Below are positions 36,862 to 45,901 of a DNA stretch of 64,000 nucleotides, in pieces (the stretch's first letter is position 1; each line of letters opens with the position of its first letter). Under the pieces are notes generated by a model, which did not search any database, was not told the origin of the DNA, and saw nothing but the letters and a program-made list of their open reading frames with translations. The position numbers were made by a program, and so were the translations under genes. The DNA is taken from positions 1 through 64,000 of IMG/VR virus record IMGVR_UViG_2850925934_000001; one strand, written 5' to 3'. This DNA is from an uncultured virus (IMG/VR IMGVR_UViG_2850925934_000001) (taxonomy: Duplodnaviria > Heunggongvirae > Uroviricota > Caudoviricetes).

Positions 36862-36991
36862 TTTCGCTGTACCTCCGTGTCCTACATCGTTGTATAGAAC
36901 GATTATACCACGAAATTACAGCAAGAGAGCCGCCTCAGACGCGTTCAGGTACGATAGGTATCCGAAAGCTCGAAACGGCTCATTTCGTTCA

Positions 36992-37429
36992 TTATTTAAC
37001 GTTGAATTTCGCTGACTCAAACGTGCCGACGTATTTGCGCTTTCCCGAATCCGAATAGCAGTCGATCTGGATAACGTATGTGCCTTTGCCTGTCTTGCTG
37101 CGGATCGACTTCGCACTAAACGACTTCAGCGGCGTTGCCGTTTTGAAGCTTCCGCGTTGCAACAAGCCGGTATCGGTCAGTCCGCCGCCGCTCCGCTTTT
37201 TATAAACGCCTGCCGTGTAATACAGCGTGGTGGCGCCTTTCTTTTCGGCTTTCCAGTCGACTGTGCTTGCGCTACTGCTGTACGTAGTAGCGTCCGTATA
37301 AACGCGCGCTTTGTGTCCGAACTTCTCCGTCTGCCAACCCGACCATGCCGCGTCAGCTTGCGGAGTCAACGCAATAGTGCCGGTTAATAAGGTTGCGGCG
37401 ATTACAAGCGATTTGACTAAACGTTTCAT
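36992..37429 (-). CDS. Secreted basic protein (145 aa)
   Basis: Signal peptide MKRLVKSLVIAATLLTGTIALTPQADA; RBS GAGGAGG. Confidence 0.8.
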   Translation of the reverse strand: MKRLVKSLVIAATLLTGTIALTPQADAAWSGWQTEKFGHKARVYTDATTYSSSASTVDWKAEKKGATTLYYTAGVYKKRSGGGLTDTGLLQRGSFKTATPLKSFSAKSIRSKTGKGTYVIQIDCYSDSGKRKYVGTFESAKFNVK

Positions 37430-37542
37430 ACGATTTCCTCCTCGACTTCCAGCCGCGTACCACACGTAGGGCAGCACGCGTCCGGCTTGATCTCGATATC
37501 TAACTTTGCGTAATTACAATCGTGGCAAGTGTATTCAATCAT
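37426..37542 (-). CDS. 38-aa Zn-ribbon peptide
   Basis: MIEYTCHDC...CPTCG; coupled to both neighbours. Confidence 0.6.
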   Translation of the reverse strand: MIEYTCHDCNYAKLDIEIKPDACCPTCGTRLEVEEEIV

Positions 37543-37738
37543 CGTTCTGGCTCTCCGTCTCCTTTTCGATACGATATCCGAAATATTGCATTAGCGTATT
37601 GATCCCGATTTGGTAAGCGCGCCCGCATCGACCGAAATTGGCGGCGGGGCGCACGTATAATTCGAGGATCTGTGCTTCCTGCTGCGGTGTTAATGCCGGT
37701 ACATCCGGCCATACTTTACGGATCATAAGCTGTTCCAT
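37535..37738 (-). CDS. Hypothetical protein
   Basis: RBS GGAGG. Confidence 0.6.
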   Translation of the reverse strand: MEQLMIRKVWPDVPALTPQQEAQILELYVRPAANFGRCGRAYQIGINTLMQYFGYRIEKETESQNDD

Positions 37739-37742
37739 ATCG

Positions 37743-37832
37743 TTATCGCCTCCGTTTTAGTGCTACGACAAGACCCGCGATTGCTACGATCAGGGCCGCC
37801 GCCGTAATGCCGATGGTTAATACCGTTAACAT
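37743..37832 (-). CDS. 29-aa hydrophobic peptide MLTVLTIGITAAALIVAIAGLVVALKRRR
   Basis: RBS AAGGAGG; single TM + basic tail. Confidence 0.65.
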   Translation of the reverse strand: MLTVLTIGITAAALIVAIAGLVVALKRRR

Positions 37833-37926
37833 GGCGCGCTCGCCTCCTTGTGTTTGCATTTTGGTTACGGTACTATAAGAGACACGGGGCGGACTCTCCA
37901 ATCAACCCCGTATCAATGTTCTGGCG

Positions 37927-38040
37927 CTAGTCGTTTTTGCGATTAGCGTTTTTTGCGTTAACGCAGGCGGTTGCCAAATTCGTTACCGCAATGACGAAGT
38001 TTACTATCGCCGTTATAATTAGTACCGTTTCCGCGTTCAA
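37927..38040 (-). CDS. 37-aa hydrophobic peptide MNAETVLIITAIVNFVIAVTNLATACVNAKNANRKND
   Basis: RBS AAAGGAGGG; TTG start; first gene after the 38096 promoter. Confidence 0.65.
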   Translation of the reverse strand: MNAETVLIITAIVNFVIAVTNLATACVNAKNANRKND

Positions 38041-38067
38041 TCGTTTTTCCCTCCTTTCTATAATTCT

Positions 38068-38096
38068 ACTATACGATATCGTATAACGTAAGTCAA
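38068..38096 (-). promoter_or_regulatory. Promoter TTGACT-17-TATAGT with palindromic operator TATACGATATCGTATA
   Basis: Perfect 16-bp palindrome 38070-38085 overlapping the -10. Confidence 0.75.
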
Positions 38097-38099
38097 CAG

Positions 38100-39866
38100 T
38101 TAAATTGAAATATTATTCGTTTCTATATCGGTTTGATTAAGCGATAGGGTGCCGGCTATCTTATTTCCGATGACCCGCGAATTAATAGAATCGGAAGTCT
38201 TAATCGGATTGTACAGCCCGAAAGAGTTAGCCGAATACACAACGTTTTCCTTCACGAGCGCACCGTCGGTGTTTTTCGTTTGAATCCCGTAACCGCCGGA
38301 AGCCTTCCGGTTAAACGTTATGTCATTGCCGGAAATTTCAGGTTTCTTACCGCCGACGACGTAAATCGGTATCAGACATTTCGCGTCAGTGATGTCGTTG
38401 TTCTTAATGCGGACGGTTCGACCTTCTGCGCTTTCTCCGTAAATAGCCATGTTTGCCGGTTTTGGTATACGGCTGTATTCGATATCCACGTCGCTTCCCT
38501 TATCGAAAGATATAGCGTATCCTGTTGCGCCAGAGTAGTCGGTAAGATCAATATCGTTATCTATCAGTTTCGCCGAAGACCGCGTAACTACGACGCCTTG
38601 CTTACTGCGTTTAACGTCGTTCGATTTCGCTTTAACGTTAATGGAATCGGCAATCTCTATCGCAGCAATATCCGAATCGTGGAGATCGTTACCTTCGAAC
38701 GTTATATCTTTTGAGTTACGCGCACTACATAATTTACCCGGACAATGGTTTACGATGTTATCCGAAAACTTAACGTTCTTGGCTTCGAAGGTAGCCAATG
38801 CGGTGCCGTCCGCGCTAAGCTCCGAAATTGTATTGCCGGATACTGAAACGTCTGCTCCGCGAACGTCAATGCCGCTGCTGAAGCCTTTTATCGTATTTCC
38901 GGTGATCGTCGTGTTATTTCCGGTAAAGCCAGCCGACACGCCAAGGCTCGTAATTGCGGTATATTTCTTGTCCGTGCGTACTAACGTATTATTCGAGATA
39001 GTGGTGTCGGTTCCGAATCCGTAAGAGATCGAGTTATCCGAATAGTTTCCGGAAATAACGACCTCGTATCCGCTGAAGTTACACACGGACTGTAGTACAT
39101 TGCCTGCGAAAGTATTATTCGTTATCTTCACATTGCGAGGCTCTTCGTAATCGATATTGCCTTCTCCGTAACCTTCGATATCAATGCCGAACATAGGCTT
39201 ACATCCATCGTTTATACCTGCGTTAGTTATTACGTTTTTATCGATCTTTACATCTTCGCCACCAGTGACCGATATATTGTTTCGGCGAGCACCGTCTAAT
39301 TTACAACGCTCAATCGTAACGTTGCGGGCAGGTCGGTAAGTCGTCCAAGGTACATTTAACATGCCTTGCGCGTTAACCATAATACAGTCGCCTGTACAAT
39401 CCGCAATATCTACGCCCTCGATCAGGACATTCTTGGCGCCATGTACGTTTATACCGTATCCCCATTCGTGTGTTTCTTTCTTTACGCGGTCGCCATGTCC
39501 GGTAAAGTCGTGCTGATAACGTTCGCCGCGTATCTTACCGCCTTTTATCGCCACATTTTCGACTTCTCCGATATAGAAGCACGTATAGCCAAACGAGCTA
39601 TTCGGCTCGACACGGAATTCGGCTTCCGGGTGCAAATTCAACGTCATGTTGGACGGAACGATAATGCCTGCGCGTTCTTCCGGCTTATTGACGGAATTTT
39701 TATTAACCCCGTCAATCAAGTACACGCCACGCGGTATATCAACCTCGCAAATGCCCGCCTCTGATGCGTCCTTAAGCGCTTGATTAAATCCTGCCGTAGT
39801 CACTGCCGCCGCATTTCCATCGCTACAAATACCGTATTTTTCAGTTTCCAACGTATATCGCATCAT
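38100..39866 (-). CDS. Right-handed beta-helix (pectate-lyase-like) protein
   Basis: KYGICSDG...IPRGVYLI, many PbH1-type repeats; size and position next to the PGA hydrolase recall SPbeta yorA. Confidence 0.85.
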   Translation of the reverse strand: MMRYTLETEKYGICSDGNAAAVTTAGFNQALKDASEAGICEVDIPRGVYLIDGVNKNSVNKPEERAGIIVPSNMTLNLHPEAEFRVEPNSSFGYTCFYIGEVENVAIKGGKIRGERYQHDFTGHGDRVKKETHEWGYGINVHGAKNVLIEGVDIADCTGDCIMVNAQGMLNVPWTTYRPARNVTIERCKLDGARRNNISVTGGEDVKIDKNVITNAGINDGCKPMFGIDIEGYGEGNIDYEEPRNVKITNNTFAGNVLQSVCNFSGYEVVISGNYSDNSISYGFGTDTTISNNTLVRTDKKYTAITSLGVSAGFTGNNTTITGNTIKGFSSGIDVRGADVSVSGNTISELSADGTALATFEAKNVKFSDNIVNHCPGKLCSARNSKDITFEGNDLHDSDIAAIEIADSINVKAKSNDVKRSKQGVVVTRSSAKLIDNDIDLTDYSGATGYAISFDKGSDVDIEYSRIPKPANMAIYGESAEGRTVRIKNNDITDAKCLIPIYVVGGKKPEISGNDITFNRKASGGYGIQTKNTDGALVKENVVYSANSFGLYNPIKTSDSINSRVIGNKIAGTLSLNQTDIETNNISI

Positions 39867-40663
39867 TATTCGTTACCTCCAACGTTATAGTTTTCGTTAA
39901 TGAACTCCGACATCAACCCGGTAAACTTGTAGAACTTCTCGGTTTCGGTTCCGGCGCGTCCGTTAAGCGAGAACTTACCGAACATGCTTTTACGCAAACC
40001 GGTACTGAGCTCGATCTGTAGGCTTTCGCCGGTCATGCACTTATTCGCTATGTTCGCGCTACTTTCGCCTGCGAATCGATGTCCAGCGCCTACGAGTTCG
40101 GCACTGAAGCCGGCAGCGTTCAAGCGATTTACTAGCGTCTGGCCGCGAACAGGATCGGTGCCGCCTACGATAATGTGCTCGGTGCTGTCGCTGTATCCGT
40201 GAAGCGATATAACGCGTTGGTGTCGGGCGGTCATATCTAGCGCGGTTGGCTCGTCGAAATGGGTACTCGTGATGTGAAGGTCGAATCCGTTGGAGGTCTT
40301 GAGTGATTCGAATAGATACGTAGAATAGTCGTTGCTGAGTTCGCGGGATAATTCGCTAGTTCCGCCTTCAATACTGCCGCCGTGCGGCGCGAGTATCAAA
40401 ACGGGCGTGGCGTGGTCGGTCGCGAATATATTGTAGTTCGTCTCGGGTTCGTTGGCTTGGAGTTCGGCAAAGTTGCGGTAAACATCGGTGGCTTGCACGG
40501 TGACTGAAGTGAATGCGGATAACATTGCGCATAGAATAAACGCTGTGATATACTGGAAGTGCTTCGTTCGATTCGGACGGTGCAGCTTTGCTTTGGTCGG
40601 TGGGGCTGCGCCTCCGTTTCGTTCTCTAATCGCCTTATTCAGTTTTCGTGGATCATTAATCAT
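39866..40663 (-). CDS. Poly-gamma-glutamate hydrolase (PghP family) with N-terminal hydrophobic segment
   Basis: APHGGSIEGGTSE, LHITSTHFDEP, SLHGY, QIELS. Confidence 0.92.
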   Translation of the reverse strand: MINDPRKLNKAIRERNGGAAPPTKAKLHRPNRTKHFQYITAFILCAMLSAFTSVTVQATDVYRNFAELQANEPETNYNIFATDHATPVLILAPHGGSIEGGTSELSRELSNDYSTYLFESLKTSNGFDLHITSTHFDEPTALDMTARHQRVISLHGYSDSTEHIIVGGTDPVRGQTLVNRLNAAGFSAELVGAGHRFAGESSANIANKCMTGESLQIELSTGLRKSMFGKFSLNGRAGTETEKFYKFTGLMSEFINENYNVGGNE

Positions 40664-40711
40664 TTCGTTACCCCTCTCCGATTTTATTAACGAGGGCCCT
40701 TCGTCGTTCTA

Positions 40712-40774
40712 AATATACGATATACGATAACGTACGTCAACGGATTTGCAGAAATTTATTCGATATCGTATAAT
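40712..40774. promoter_or_regulatory. Divergent promoters (left TTGACG-17-TATATT; right TTGCAG-17-TATAAT) with operator variants
   Basis: TATACGATATACGATA 40714-40729 and TATTCGATATCGTATA 40757-40772. Confidence 0.7.
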
Positions 40775-40793
40775 GGTCGCAGAGGTGGTCGAA

Positions 40794-41018
40794 ATGAAAC
40801 TAAATGCAACGCCACGTTTAAACGCCGTTATGAAGGCGAAAGGGTGGACGCAGGTAAGACTATCGGAGGCATCTGGCGTGCCGCAAGGTTCGATATCGCG
40901 CTTTGATAAGAATAGTCGCCACGAAGACTGGCACGTTTTTTCGATTGCGAAAGCGCTCGGCGTAGAAGTCGATGAGCTATTCGAAATTGAAGAAGCCGCA
41001 GAAGAGGACGCTGAATAA
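40794..41018 (+). CDS. XRE-family HTH regulator
   Basis: WTQVRLSEASGVPQGSISRF...IAKALGVEVDELF; RBS GAGGTGG. Confidence 0.88.
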   Translation: MKLNATPRLNAVMKAKGWTQVRLSEASGVPQGSISRFDKNSRHEDWHVFSIAKALGVEVDELFEIEEAAEEDAE

Positions 41019-41080
41019 ATCGGCGTCTTTTTTTGTCTTGAAATTCGAGCGCGCGTTGGTATAATTATCCTATCGATAAA

Positions 41081-41100
41081 AGTTCGGGAATTCCCGAACT
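41081..41100. promoter_or_regulatory. Perfect 20-bp palindrome AGTTCGGGAATTCCCGAACT downstream of the GT promoter
   Basis: Lies between TTGAAA-16-TATAAT (41038-41065) and the RBS. Confidence 0.65.
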
Positions 41101-41116
41101 GGAAGGGCGGTTATAA

Positions 41117-42136
41117 ATGAATCCGAAAATGAGCGTTATTATACCGGTATACAATGGCGAAAAGTATCTTTGCGATTGCATTGACAGCGTACTCGGACAG
41201 ACGCTTAAAAATATCGAGGTTTTGGTCGTAGATGACGGTTCGACTGATGCGACACGCAATATCCTGCGATTCTATTCTACGATAGATGAACGAGTCAAAC
41301 CGATCTATCAGGCGAATCAAGGGCCCGGAACGGCGCGTAATGCCGCGTTGAAGCAGGCGCGCGGCGAATACGTAGCGTTTATCGACTCGGACGACTGGAT
41401 CGAGCCGGAAGCTTACGCGGTTATGTACGAAGCTGCTCGTGAAAACAACGCAGATATTGTGTTTACGGACATGCGTTGGGATTACGAAGACGCGTCGAAA
41501 AGCTACACAAAAAGTTATAGCGCAAAAGCGAATGAGCCGATCGGACGAGACGAAATTAAGGCGACTATATTAACGGACTTCTTATACAACGGATCGTACG
41601 GCGGCGTCGGTAAGGTGGTCCGCAAAAGTATGCTCGATACGCATAACATAACGTTTCCTGACGGCAAGTACCTCGGCGAAGATTGGCTGTTCAACATGGA
41701 CGCGTTTACGTATTGTCAGACGGCGTACTATATCGACACGCCGCTATACCATTACCGGCAGATTAATGACGCCAGTTTGATGCGTGAATATAATCCGGAA
41801 CTATTCGATTCATATATCGATAGTAATACACTCGAACGGTACGCAAAACGGTGGGGCTTATACAGCGAGAAGGTTGCGGTGGATCTGGCACGGCGGAAAT
41901 GTTATATCGCGGTCAACGGCTGCATACAAAACGAATTCAAGCCGGGATGCCGTAAAACAGTACGCGAAAAGTTGGCGCTGATTAAGCGCATAGTCGAACA
42001 TCCAAACGTGGGAAAGGCGGTTGCGATAGCGTGGGAGAACGAGGAGAGCAGGGCGAGGCGGTTATATCTGACGATGCTGAAACGGAAGGCGGTCGTTGGG
42101 TTGTTTCTAGCCGGAAAAATACTGTCGATGAGATGA
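41117..42136 (+). CDS. GT2 glycosyltransferase (EpsH/EpsJ-like)
   Basis: SVIIPVYN, VDDGSTD, FIDSDD, GEDWLFN; own promoter and terminator (42131-42160). Confidence 0.9.
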   Translation: MNPKMSVIIPVYNGEKYLCDCIDSVLGQTLKNIEVLVVDDGSTDATRNILRFYSTIDERVKPIYQANQGPGTARNAALKQARGEYVAFIDSDDWIEPEAYAVMYEAARENNADIVFTDMRWDYEDASKSYTKSYSAKANEPIGRDEIKATILTDFLYNGSYGGVGKVVRKSMLDTHNITFPDGKYLGEDWLFNMDAFTYCQTAYYIDTPLYHYRQINDASLMREYNPELFDSYIDSNTLERYAKRWGLYSEKVAVDLARRKCYIAVNGCIQNEFKPGCRKTVREKLALIKRIVEHPNVGKAVAIAWENEESRARRLYLTMLKRKAVVGLFLAGKILSMR

Positions 42137-42203
42137 CGTTGAGTTAGCGTCATCTTTTTTTCGTATAGTCCGATTCTCAATTACGATGACCTAAATGATA
42201 ATG

Positions 42204-42255
42204 AACACGACCTTATTCGCACAAATCGGGCAAAAACACGACTTTATTCGCACAA
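42204..42255 (+). repeat. 21-bp direct repeat AACACGAC(C/T)TTATTCGCACAA x2 (iteron-like)
   Basis: 42204-42224 and 42235-42255, period 31. Confidence 0.8.
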
Positions 42256-42529
42256 CCGAAAAGGGGGTTCGCGCTTAGAGCCGCAAGGGATACAGCCGTT
42301 TTAGGTCGCCAATCACTTCTTAGTCTTGTGAATCACAAGCCTCCGGAACTACGGCTACGCCTTCGTCCGGGGTTAACGCAATCAATATATCTATTAATAT
42401 CTGCGCGTATGTAGGAAACGAAGTGACCGGAATTAGCGCTATGTTTAAGTACAAGCGGAAGACATCCGTTAATATAGCGTTAATCTAACGAAATATATAA
42501 CGGCATGACAACGATAATATACGATAAAA

Positions 42530-42555
42530 TAGCGCCTTAGCTGTCTATACGTAAT
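42530..42555 (+). promoter_or_regulatory. Candidate late promoter copy 2
   Basis: 22/26 identical to 35651-35676; upstream of the packaging/structural region. Confidence 0.55.
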
Positions 42556-42924
42556 AGAAGGACGTAACATACCGTATAACCTAGCGATAGGCAGGCGGGG
42601 TACAGCCGGCACACATACGCTATATGTAACACCGTATGGGCATACGTATGGTTATATAGGAAGGAAGGCGACGGAGAGGCGTCCAGTTGCGATGCGTGAT
42701 GAGGCGGACAGCAACGAGCCAGTGCCGGAGGATGAGCCCTTCCGAAACTCACGGGGTCAAACCGAATGACCAACGCAATATGCACGATCCTATACATAGC
42801 ATACGGCACATGGCATGCGGCAGGGTGCAGGCGTGGCGCGGGTTGTCGAATGCATAAACAACATACGATTAATTGCGCTGAGTAAACGATGACGAACGCT
42901 ATCATATCAACGTTTGTCTATTGA

Positions 42925-42959
42925 TTCGAATGTAACTCAATTTACTTCTGTTAAATTCG
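42925..42959. other. Candidate tyrosine-recombinase core site
   Basis: GAATGTAAC-13 bp-GTTAAATTC inverted repeat; related site at 45904-45935. Confidence 0.5.
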
Positions 42960-43543
42960 TTATTCATAAATATGTATTTAATATACGATGACCCAAACGA
43001 AGAATCGCGGAAACGCCGGGCCCCCAACCGCCCCCAAAAATACCGGCGCGACTGCTGTCCGGAACTTGCGCACAATTTTTCGAACTCGGGGCGTCAACTA
43101 AACGGAGGTGATCGCGTTGTTCATTCAGGTTCAACGGCTGACAGACGACCAGAAAGCACTATTAACGGAAAGGTTTGCGGGGATGCTCGAAGGAGACGGC
43201 GCGATAAAGATCACTGTAAATTGCGGGAGACCCTCCATATACGACATGGTAAGTAGAACGACGAGCTTCGAAATCATCGAATCGATTACGAAATGATAAA
43301 CGGAGGTGTAGACGTTGCCCCATAAATGCGACGTTTGCGAAGTAGAATACGATGATATTAACGATCGTCATATGTGCGAGCGGTGTTGGGACGAATATTA
43401 CGAGGCTTGTTATTATGGCGGCTTAACATAACGATTCTGCCACGAAATAAGCACGTCACAGCCGTTTTAATCCAGACGGAAGGTATTCGGTAGGGTAAAC
43501 GTTAGAAACGCTAATTTCGTGTAATTTCGAAGGGAGGACGAAA

Positions 43544-43711
43544 ATGCCGATACGCATTAAATTCGACAAAGAAGCTTACTTAAAACGTCATAGAGAATTT
43601 CGGGAAAAATTAGCCGAGTTTAAGAGCGGCGGTCATGAGGAAGCGTATAATCAAGCGCAGGTAATCTTAGAATCGAGCGTCTTAAAAACTAACGATGCGG
43701 TGGCGGAATAG
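43544..43711 (+). CDS. 55-aa hypothetical protein
   Basis: RBS GGGAGG; translated by hand. Confidence 0.5.
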   Translation: MPIRIKFDKEAYLKRHREFREKLAEFKSGGHEEAYNQAQVILESSVLKTNDAVAE

Positions 43712-43834
43712 GTAGACGCTTATACGAACATAAGGACGGTACTGTGAGGCAGACTTCAGGCTGCTTAATAGCCGATTTGGCTAACGGTTGTTGAAATCCG
43801 TCCATGCGAGGTGCAAATCCTCGCCCGCATATCC
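43694..43834 (+). ncRNA. tRNA-like RNA with expanded central domain
   Basis: ATGCGG/CCGCAT acceptor-like stem, D-arm GCGGAATAGGTAGACGC, T-arm GCGAGG-TGCAAAT-CCTCGC. Confidence 0.6.
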
Positions 43835-44000
43835 GAAAGCGACATCGGATTCTCCGCCGGTGGGGACATTAAATACGTACCGGAAAGCGTGTAATATTGT
43901 CGCGTATATTTGCGCCAACTATACATCCGGCATTGACCGGCAGAAAAACGAGCGAGCAAGGGATGCGTCCCGATCTCGGTGTATAAACGTAATCAGAACG

Positions 44001-44032
44001 AGGCTTCCGCACCCTACGGCGGAGGTCTTTTT
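44001..44032 (+). terminator. Rho-independent terminator
   Basis: AGGCTTCCGC/GCGGAGGTCT stem + T run. Confidence 0.65.
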
Positions 44033-44234
44033 GTGCTTGCGTTAAGCAGGCAAAAGAAACGAAAAAGGAGACGATTAGGATGACGAAGACAGAAGAATTA
44101 CTCGTATACTTAGATCGTTTGATCGCGCTGCAGACTTCCGGGCATTTGGTACGTGACGAAATTGCGGAAGTCATCGACGCGATCAGATACGAATTGATCC
44201 TCGAAATCAACTAAACGAAAAGGAGACGGTGTGA

Positions 44235-44852
44235 ATGGCGGACAAACGCGAATCAACAAGAAATTCAGTAATGGCGGGGGTAGCTACAAACAAAACAGGC
44301 TACTCCTTATCAGACGGGTATCAAACTCCAAAATTCAGCCTAGAATCTCAAACTGGAAGTATCTACGCAACAGGCGACGTTAGCATAAAAGTAGACGTAG
44401 AGGTATCCGAAGCTATAACCGGCCTCAAAGCGCTTCAACGCGAAGCAAAGGCGGCGACGCAGGCGCTGGCTGAATTGCGGGAGGAGCAGGCGAAGCACGA
44501 AGATACTCCCTCAACTGTTTACGAGGAGTATATCGAAAATGTAAAACGCTTAGCTGGCGATTGGTACTCGGAGGAATTTCGATTAGCGAACGACATTATT
44601 TACGGCGCTTACTCTTCAGGCGCAGAAGGTGAAGTCTACATTGGTCGAGGGATGGGAACAAGCACGTCAATCCGGGCATTAGAAAATACGTTTAAAGATG
44701 TTGTTTACCTATCTGTAGAAACCCAAAGAAACGCGCCGAATTTAAACGGAAAAGTAGTTTTTGTAGATCCGGGTGTCAGTGTTCCGAGAGGACAGAGAAT
44801 CAAGCGGTTATTAAAAATCTCTTGTGTAGATGGAAAAGGAGTTCCGTGTTAA
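44235..44852 (+). CDS. Hypothetical phage protein
   Basis: RBS AAGGAG; ITGLKALQREAK coiled segment. Confidence 0.65.
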   Translation: MADKRESTRNSVMAGVATNKTGYSLSDGYQTPKFSLESQTGSIYATGDVSIKVDVEVSEAITGLKALQREAKAATQALAELREEQAKHEDTPSTVYEEYIENVKRLAGDWYSEEFRLANDIIYGAYSSGAEGEVYIGRGMGTSTSIRALENTFKDVVYLSVETQRNAPNLNGKVVFVDPGVSVPRGQRIKRLLKISCVDGKGVPC

Positions 44853-45148
44853 TGGAGTTCGTAGTTATGATAGTCGATACACCGGAGCAAGCCAGATTTC
44901 TCGAAAATATTTTTAGAGATGTCGACAACAAGCGTATTTATTTCCGAGCTTTAGCTGTTGGGCAGGCAGCCGTCGGTTGGCAACATAAAGGAACGCGTCC
45001 AACTAAGGTTATAGTAGCGTACAGGGAACTTACAACCGATCGAGAGAAGCGGTGGGAGCGAGAGATCGTCAGAAATATCGGGTATAAAGACAAGCACCCG
45101 ACGAAGAAGACGAAGTGGATAAAGTTAAACGGAGGCGACCGCCTATGA
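44852..45148 (+). CDS. Hypothetical protein
   Basis: RBS AAGGAG; coupled. Confidence 0.55.
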   Translation: MEFVVMIVDTPEQARFLENIFRDVDNKRIYFRALAVGQAAVGWQHKGTRPTKVIVAYRELTTDREKRWEREIVRNIGYKDKHPTKKTKWIKLNGGDRL

Positions 45149-45352
45149 CGAATAAGCAAACGGAATCCCACTGCGCCCCATCCAATTGTTCGCGCCATTT
45201 CGAAGTATGCGATTGCAAGTCGATGTGTCTGTTGCGGTATGGAGCAGAAATACGGAAGCGACAGGAAGAAGTCGGAGATGCATCCGGCTTATACGAAAAA
45301 AGACGAGCACACCTACGTTGGCTGCGGCTCAAACGTTGGGGCGCCCGTCGTC

Positions 45353-45901
45353 TTATAGATTAACATTCGCGTATACTTCGTCGATCCGGTCCTGATTGAT
45401 TCCGATATACCGCAACGTGACCGACTGCTTCGAATGGTTGAAAATCGATTGAAGTAGCGTAAGATCTGTGCCGTTCTTGTACGCGTGGTAGCCGAAAGTC
45501 TTACGCAACGAATGGCAGCCGATTGTGCCGAGCTTCTCCGAAAGGCCTGCGCGCTCAACAGCTTCGTTAAGGATGCCATAGGCACGGACGCGGGTAATAG
45601 CTTTCGAACCTTTCCGAGAAGGGAAAAGCCAGTCGTCATCGTTTGCTTCGGCCGGAATCAGATCGTCAACAGCTTTCTTGATTGCGGCATTGAAGAAGAA
45701 ACGTTTTGATTTCTTCGTTTTCCCTTCCGTAATTGCAACGAAGTCCTTTCCGCGCACATCGCCGACTTTTAGCGCAAGTATATCGGAAATGCGTAGACCG
45801 GAATTAATGCCGATCGTAAATAAAAGCAGATCACGCCCGCGAAGGGCTTTTTTTATTGCGTTTATTTGGCGTTTTTCTCTAATCGGTTGGACTTCGTTCA
45901 T
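45353..45901 (-). CDS. Small tyrosine recombinase (catalytic domain only)
   Basis: SGLRISD, GCHSLRKTFG, FNHS, TLRYIG. Confidence 0.93.
   Translation of the reverse strand: MNEVQPIREKRQINAIKKALRGRDLLLFTIGINSGLRISDILALKVGDVRGKDFVAITEGKTKKSKRFFFNAAIKKAVDDLIPAEANDDDWLFPSRKGSKAITRVRAYGILNEAVERAGLSEKLGTIGCHSLRKTFGYHAYKNGTDLTLLQSIFNHSKQSVTLRYIGINQDRIDEVYANVNL

Noticed and set aside
42537..43256. ORFs 42537-42905 (-) and 42972-43256 (+)
   Set aside because: No RBS, atypical composition, overlap regulatory elements
43694..43834. Canonical tRNA-Leu gene
   Set aside because: No standard anticodon loop, TTC T-loop or CCA; reported as tRNA-like instead
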